Below, piece by piece: positions 61,164 through 64,000 of a DNA stretch of 64,000 nucleotides. The position numbers and the translations under genes were made by a program. Below the pieces are notes generated by a model, which saw only the letters and a list, made by a program, of their open reading frames with translations, was not told the DNA's origin and did no database searches. Source of the DNA: Bacteroidota bacterium. GTDB taxonomy: Bacteria > Bacteroidota > Bacteroidia > AKYH767-A > OLB10. Numbering within the stretch: position 1 is the stretch's first letter; every line of letters begins with the position of its first letter. Where the stretch lies: positions 1,285 through 65,284 of the forward strand of contig JAHEKC010000003.1 of NCBI GenBank assembly GCA_024638565.1, given 5' to 3'.

Positions 61164-62906
61164 ATGCGCCTGCTGTTGGTTTTTCTTTTATTGTTAAACG
61201 CGCCGTTCCCCGTGTGGGGCCAGTATACCGTTAAGGTAGAAGGTCCGGATGGTGAAGGGCCATCGGCCGAAAGGCTGGCGAAAGACCTTGGCCTGAAGCA
61301 GGCCTACCCGGATTCGATCACCGCACGGCAGGGTTTGCGTGAATTCCTCGTGGGGCTGTATGCCAACGGTTACCTGGCGGCGACCATCGACAGCCTGGCA
61401 TTCGAAGCCGGGAGCGTGCGGGCCCGGGTAAGCCCGGGTGTTACCTACCGGCTGGCGAAGATCTCGCCCGGAAATGTGGATGAAGGGATCCTGAGCGAAG
61501 CTGGTTTCCGGGAAAAAGTATACCGCAACAAACCGGTAAGCCTGCGCACACTGGCTTCCATCCAGGAAAAGCTGCTGGACTGGTGTGATGCCAATGGCTA
61601 CCCGTTTGCCACGATCCGCTACGACAGCCTGCAGGTGGTGGACGGGAAATGGTCCGCGGTTCTGCATCTGCAAAAAAACGGCGCCGTTACACTTGATAGC
61701 GTCATCGTTAAAGGGGACGCGAAGCTCAGCAGGGTGTACCTGTACAATTACCTTTCATTGAAGCCCGGCAGGCCATACGATGAGTCACTCGTAAAAAAGA
61801 TCCCCACCCGGATACGTGAACTGCCCATGGTGAAAGAATTGCGTCCCATGGGCCTGGCATTTCACGAGGAAGGGGCGTCCCTTTACCTGTACCTGGACAA
61901 CAAGCGGGCCAGCCAGCTGGACGGCGTCATCGGCGTACAGCCTGACAACAGCGGCAGCGGGAAGATCAACGTGACGGGTGATGTACATATCAAGCTCTTC
62001 AGTGCGTTCGGTTACGGGGAGCTTTTCGATCTCAACTGGAAACAGCCCGGCCCGGGAACGCAGGACCTGCAGGCGCGGTTCAATTACCCGTTCCTGTTCT
62101 CCTCGCCGTTCGGCATAGACCTGGGCCTGTCAATCTATAAAAAGGACTCCACCTATCTTGAGTTAAACCGGAGTTTAGGCGTACAGTTCCAACTGGGTGG
62201 CACTAACTACCTGAAGACATTTTACAGAAATAAAAAGTCATCCCTCATAGATACGGAACCATTCGAGCAGGTAACCGTGCTGCCCCCGTTCGCTGATATC
62301 CGGGTGAACAGCTACGGGCTGGGTTTACGGGTGGAGCGGCTTGACTACCGGTATAACCCGCGGCGCGGGTATGCCGTGGAAGTGGAAGGCACGGCAGGGC
62401 GGAAGACGGTGGAACGGAATGCCAGGCTCAAGCAGGTGAATTACGATTCCCTGGACCTGAAATCGACGCAGTTTACCGCGACGCTGGCCGGCGAATACTA
62501 CATCCCCCTGGCTTCGCGCCAGGTGGTTAACCTGGGCGGCAGGGCAGGGCTGCTGCATGGCGACGAGACGTTTCAGAATGAAATGTACCGGATCGGGGGG
62601 CTGAAGACGCTCAGGGGCTTCGACGAGGAGTCGATCCTGGCTTCCATCTATGCCATCTGGAAGGCGGAATTCAGGTACATCCTAGAGGAAAACTCCTTTT
62701 TATTCCTGTTCGTGAACGGGGCATGGTATGAACGGGACCAGCGGGATGTCTTCGTAACCGATACCCCTATCGGTTTCGGGGCAGGCATCACCTTTGAGAC
62801 CGGGCTGGGCATCTTTTCCCTGAACTATGCCCTGGGCAGGGAATTTGAAAATCCCGTGCTCATCCGGGCCGGCAAGGTCCATTTCGGCCTGGTGAATTAT
62901 TTCTGA
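61164..62906 (+). CDS. Omp85 (BamA/TamA) family outer-membrane protein.
   Basis: Signal peptide, POTRA-like N-terminal region, and a C-terminal beta-barrel ending ...GKVHFGLVNYF. Confidence 0.65.
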   Translation: MRLLLVFLLLLNAPFPVWGQYTVKVEGPDGEGPSAERLAKDLGLKQAYPDSITARQGLREFLVGLYANGYLAATIDSLAFEAGSVRARVSPGVTYRLAKISPGNVDEGILSEAGFREKVYRNKPVSLRTLASIQEKLLDWCDANGYPFATIRYDSLQVVDGKWSAVLHLQKNGAVTLDSVIVKGDAKLSRVYLYNYLSLKPGRPYDESLVKKIPTRIRELPMVKELRPMGLAFHEEGASLYLYLDNKRASQLDGVIGVQPDNSGSGKINVTGDVHIKLFSAFGYGELFDLNWKQPGPGTQDLQARFNYPFLFSSPFGIDLGLSIYKKDSTYLELNRSLGVQFQLGGTNYLKTFYRNKKSSLIDTEPFEQVTVLPPFADIRVNSYGLGLRVERLDYRYNPRRGYAVEVEGTAGRKTVERNARLKQVNYDSLDLKSTQFTATLAGEYYIPLASRQVVNLGGRAGLLHGDETFQNEMYRIGGLKTLRGFDEESILASIYAIWKAEFRYILEENSFLFLFVNGAWYERDQRDVFVTDTPIGFGAGITFETGLGIFSLNYALGREFENPVLIRAGKVHFGLVNYF

Positions 62907-63234
62907 TCCTATCCGCCTGCTACTCAAATCTTACACAAGTCGGTGCAATGGCTGCGACCATATTAAAATACTCAATATCAGTCATTAACGATTATTGAAT
63001 AAGAGTAAAAATATCTAGTAACCTATAAATGAGCTATTTACGCATTAAGAAGTAATACTTTTGTATTATATGTGATAATCGTGAATAAAAAATTAAGCTT
63101 TAGCTATTTATACAAGTTAATTCAACGTAAATTGCAGTATGGAAAAGACCAACTAACCCTCTTTTCTTGCATATTTCGCTAACTCTTTGCTTGTAAATGA
63201 TTCAAAACTCATATTAAAACCGGATACCTGTATA

Positions 63235-64000
63235 ATGAAGAACCTGCTTTTCGCAATCGTTTTTACTTGTGTGGCCGGCATTTCATCGGCACAATTCAAC
63301 CCTGGTTGGAACACATCCTACCAGCACACCGCCACCGCGAATTTTTCCAACGAAGGAAGAAAGATCGTAGTGGACAACAACAAGAATATTTATGTTTTGT
63401 GCGATGTGACCTCAGACAAAAACCTGTCAGGCGTCGTCACTGGTACCACCTATTACTATACCGTGCTGATCAAGTACGGCCAGGGCGGTTCCGTGACTGA
63501 GGAAATTATTGATGTACAGGATCATTTTTCTGCCGGATTCAGCCACCGCAGTGCATTCGGTATGGAGATTGACGCGACCGGAAATATTTATATAGGCTAT
63601 TCCGTCTACAACCAGACCACGGATTATGATATCCGCATTGCCAAGTACAATTCTTCGCTCAGCCAGTTATGGGCCTACGATTACAACTCACCGGGCATCG
63701 ACTCTGGGATTGTAATGACCATCTCGACCACGAACGTAATCTATGCCGTTGCGCAGACTGACATCAACGGTACGAAACGACACCGGATCATCAAGGCAAA
63801 CGGGGCAGGCTCCACTTCAACGGGGCTGTACACCTTTAACTCGCAACCGGACTTCATCAACAACATTGTACTGGACAATGCGCAGAATATTTATGTAACC
63901 GGGCATCGAATCGTATCGGGTTACAAGACCATCCTGACCGCCTCCGTTACCAATGCCGGCAACTTCCGGTGGGAGGACGTGTTCAACGGTGGTTCGGTGC
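63235..64000 (+). CDS. Secreted beta-propeller (SBBP-like) repeat protein, N-terminal 255 codons; it continues beyond the window.
   Basis: I translated it by hand: MKNLLFAIVFTCVAGISSAQFNPGWNTSYQH...NIYVLCDVT...GNIYIGYSVYN...NIYVTGHR... The recurring D..NIYV(T)G motif is typical of SBBP repeats. GC is ~46%, against ~58% elsewhere. It is preceded by a 300-bp ~28% GC region. Confidence 0.55.
   Translation, partial: MKNLLFAIVFTCVAGISSAQFNPGWNTSYQHTATANFSNEGRKIVVDNNKNIYVLCDVTSDKNLSGVVTGTTYYYTVLIKYGQGGSVTEEIIDVQDHFSAGFSHRSAFGMEIDATGNIYIGYSVYNQTTDYDIRIAKYNSSLSQLWAYDYNSPGIDSGIVMTISTTNVIYAVAQTDINGTKRHRIIKANGAGSTSTGLYTFNSQPDFINNIVLDNAQNIYVTGHRIVSGYKTILTASVTNAGNFRWEDVFNGGSV

Noticed and set aside
1-64000. 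Search for tRNA, rRNA, tmRNA, RNase P RNA and CRISPR arrays.
   Set aside because: I found no cloverleaf-terminal GGTTCGAATCC-type motifs and no rRNA-like conserved blocks. I saw no regularly spaced 25-40-bp direct repeats with unique spacers. The 252-bp repeats are too long and contiguous for CRISPR. A covariance-model scan would still be needed to exclude small RNAs.

Overview
This 64-kb window looks like a Bacteroidota chromosome segment of about 58-60% GC, dense with housekeeping genes. The phylum call rests on T9SS C-terminal sorting domains, a GWxTD-domain protein, a roughly 288-aa primary sigma factor, and recurrent TAnnTTTG -7 promoter boxes.

Main contents:
- Two tandem paralogous giant secreted MAM/CARDB multi-domain T9SS cargo proteins, the first truncated by the window edge.
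- An M23 peptidase, then a small coiled-coil gene, zapA and rny.
- An 8.4-kb tightly packed polysaccharide (O-antigen-like) operon: a Wzx flippase, two Wzy/O-antigen-ligase-family membrane proteins, two GT4 glycosyltransferases, wecB, a SAM methyltransferase and a GNAT acetyltransferase.
- The yeiH-ribH-TPR set, glmM, a J-domain membrane protein, and several peptidases (M61, S9 DPP-IV-like, M43-T9SS, C40).
- An LpxL-family acyltransferase, rpoD, pnp, rpsO, accD, class I FBA, a GT39 / OM-barrel / CxxCH mini-operon, rlmB, rmuC, ybaB and a thiolase.
- A NYN-LOTUS protein, the thrS-infC-rpmI-rplT cluster, an amidohydrolase, rsmD and coaD.
- An Omp85-family OMP, and a low-GC secreted beta-propeller-repeat gene running off the window end.

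No rRNA, tRNA, CRISPR or transposase is recognisable. The most unusual sequence-level signals are non-coding:
- A 252-bp unit repeated twice in tandem, plus a degenerate third copy, inside a 1-kb ORF-free gap upstream of the Omp85 gene.
- A dispersed family of 6-nt (ACTGCC)n and 7-nt period (TTCACTG / TTGTTGA / ATCACGG-like) tandem repeats, found in at least 11 intergenic regions.

All protein calls come from reading motifs in the supplied translations; no database search was possible.
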